A stretch of DNA of 63,610 nucleotides, the filler included, from Folioceros fuciformis (lineage: Eukaryota): assembly GCA_049999805.1 (NCBI GenBank). It is 6 parts of 6 records of this genome, joined end to end, with 100 filler letters (N's around TTAATTAATTAA, not from the genome) between each part and the next. Parts side by side here need not be neighbours in the genome. Positions count along the whole stretch, not along the records: positions 57,318 to 63,610 come from JBNGIO010005091.1; 5 more parts are not named here. The stretch is one strand, 5' to 3'. The notes beneath the pieces were generated by a model. That model saw only the letters and a program-made list of their open reading frames with translations. It was not told where the DNA came from and ran no database searches. The translations under genes and the position numbers were made by a program. This document shows positions 61,877 through 63,610 of this stretch, piece by piece (position 1 is the stretch's first letter; each line of letters starts with the position of its first letter).

Positions 61877-63610
61877 TGAAAAATATATATAAATAGATAT
61901 ATCCTAGTTATAGTTATTCACAATATATCAGTAATTAGTATATTTCATATTTCACGGGACATGAACAATAACCGTATTAACTGTTTTTATGAGCGGGTGC
62001 ATTTAAAGGTGCCCGCCAGCAGTAAAGACACTTCTTCTTTGTAAATTTCTATGGTATCAAAGCAACAAGGAGATCCCTCACGCGAATCCCAAGCATGCAA
62101 ATGTCACAGCAGGACCTCACGGTAGAGTCGTGTAGTGGTTTCAGGGCAACGTCCCGAATTGGCTGCAGCAGACCTCTTCATATCAAAGGAGAAATCGAGC
62201 GCAAATGGCCAACGCCATGAAACTGGACTTTAAGGATAAGGATCGCTTCTCAGGATCCAACTACGACGTCTGGGCACACAGAGTCAAGATGTTGCTCCAA
62301 ATAGAAGAACTGTGGGACATTGTTGATGATACTGTGGCACATGCAGGTGCAAACGCACCTGCAGCAGACATAACTGCGTGGGTTAAGAAAGATCTAAGAG
62401 CATGAGCAATATTGGAGCTTACCATCAACAACACGATGATTCATCACATCGAAGATGCCACCTCGGCTCATCTTGCATGGACTGCGTTATCGCAGATGTT
62501 CGCCACAACTAACCAGTCCTCGCTGGTTCATGCCACGCGTTCTTTCTGGAACTGTAAAATGAGAGAGTCAGAGAGTGTGGAGGAACATGTTATGCATTTC
62601 AGACACCTGAGGCAAAAATTAGCGGCAGCAAGACAAAGGTTTCAGAACTGCAGGCCTCGGTGGCCCTGTTGATGTTGCTACCTGACAGGTACCATGTTTT
62701 TGTCAGTACACAAAATAGTAACCTTCGAACAGCAGCAGCAAACGCTGTTTCCCTATCAAACACTATAGGGGCGTTGTTGGAGGAAGAAGCATCAATGAAC
62801 TCTAACAGAGGACAAAGCTCACACAACAGGGCTTTGTATGCTGGTAGAGGAGTTCGTGGTAGAGGTGGAGGTCGATTCGCCAATAGACAGTCATGGCAAG
62901 GAAGGCCCAAGCCAGTGGGAGGTAGAACTTTTTCGAATCCTAACCACAAACGTTTGACATGTAATTGGTGCAAGCTTATGGGACACATAGAAGCCGACTG
63001 CAGAAAGAAAAGAGCCGGTGAGCCTCGCTGAGTGTCACCCGAGGCAAATGTTACAAGCAAACAAAAGATGTCAAATGCGAACATTATCCTTGCAGTCTAT
63101 ATGGCACATGCGAAATCAGATGAATGTACCTGGTTCGTTGACTCTGGTGCCTCGGCACACATATGTTACACTCGAGACAACTTTTATAAATATCACTCAC
63201 GCCCACCAAGACAGTTCGTACTCCTGGGTGATGAAAGTGGTCTGAACATTGCTGGAACAGGGAGTGTGAGAATAGTATTGAGCGGTGGAATTGTTAGAGA
63301 ACTTCACTAGGTGCTCCACGTTCCGCAGATGGCCAAAAATCTCTTATATGTGAGACACCTTTGCAGAGAGTGGAGACTGAATATTATGTTCGACGAAGCA
63401 TCATGTGAGCTGATAGATTCTCTCAGTCATGAACCCTTAGCTACGGGGATGCTAGAGAATGATTTGTATAAACTGGATTGTCGAACTCACCTCGGAGAAC
63501 CAAAGGGTAGAAGCATCATATCGACAGCTATGCTGGCCAAGACGCTTGGTGCTAATAGCGAATAGTTGTTGTGGCACTGCAGATTAGGGCACCCGAATTA
63601 TATTAAGATG
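61877..63610 (+). mobile_element. Ty1/copia element: 5' LTR, PBS, gag, protease and start of pre-integrase; continues beyond the window
   Basis: PBS tggtatcaaagc 62052-62063; gag ATG 62205 KDKDRFSGSNYDVW; CNWCKLMGHIEADC; WFVDSGASAH; LWHCRLGHPN; several stops. LTR left edge approximate. Confidence 0.95.

Overview
Nuclear DNA of a land plant. Short GT-AG introns, GC-rich exons, a PLS-class PPR fragment and an exon resembling a protein family of flagellated eukaryotes suggest a seed-free lineage (hornwort- or lycophyte-like; inference). It is a scaffold: five 100-bp joins carry the artificial linker TTAATTAATTAA, so adjacency across them is unproven. Host genes that look intact: an F-box protein, an MFL1-like carrier, a 9-exon CYP707A-like P450, an OPF/PMS2-like PHD-BAH protein (5' end in a gap), a GIL1/IRKI-like protein and a GAUT13/14-like glycosyltransferase. 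The rest is mostly decayed transposons: at least seven Ty1/copia pieces, a LINE ORF1, an internally deleted PIF/Harbinger element, an unclassified TGTGG-starting LTR-like family and many minisatellites. Most notable: (1) an intronless, truncated FIP37/WTAP copy inside a mosaic of gene fragments; (2) a copia element with an extra decayed ORF before gag; (3) an ORF-less repeat family carrying a conserved two-hairpin module; (4) a legumin-like gene disrupted by a copia element; (5) a D-to-G change in the CYP707A I-helix. I cannot show a complete new system from sequence alone. All family calls come from recalled motifs, not from searches.
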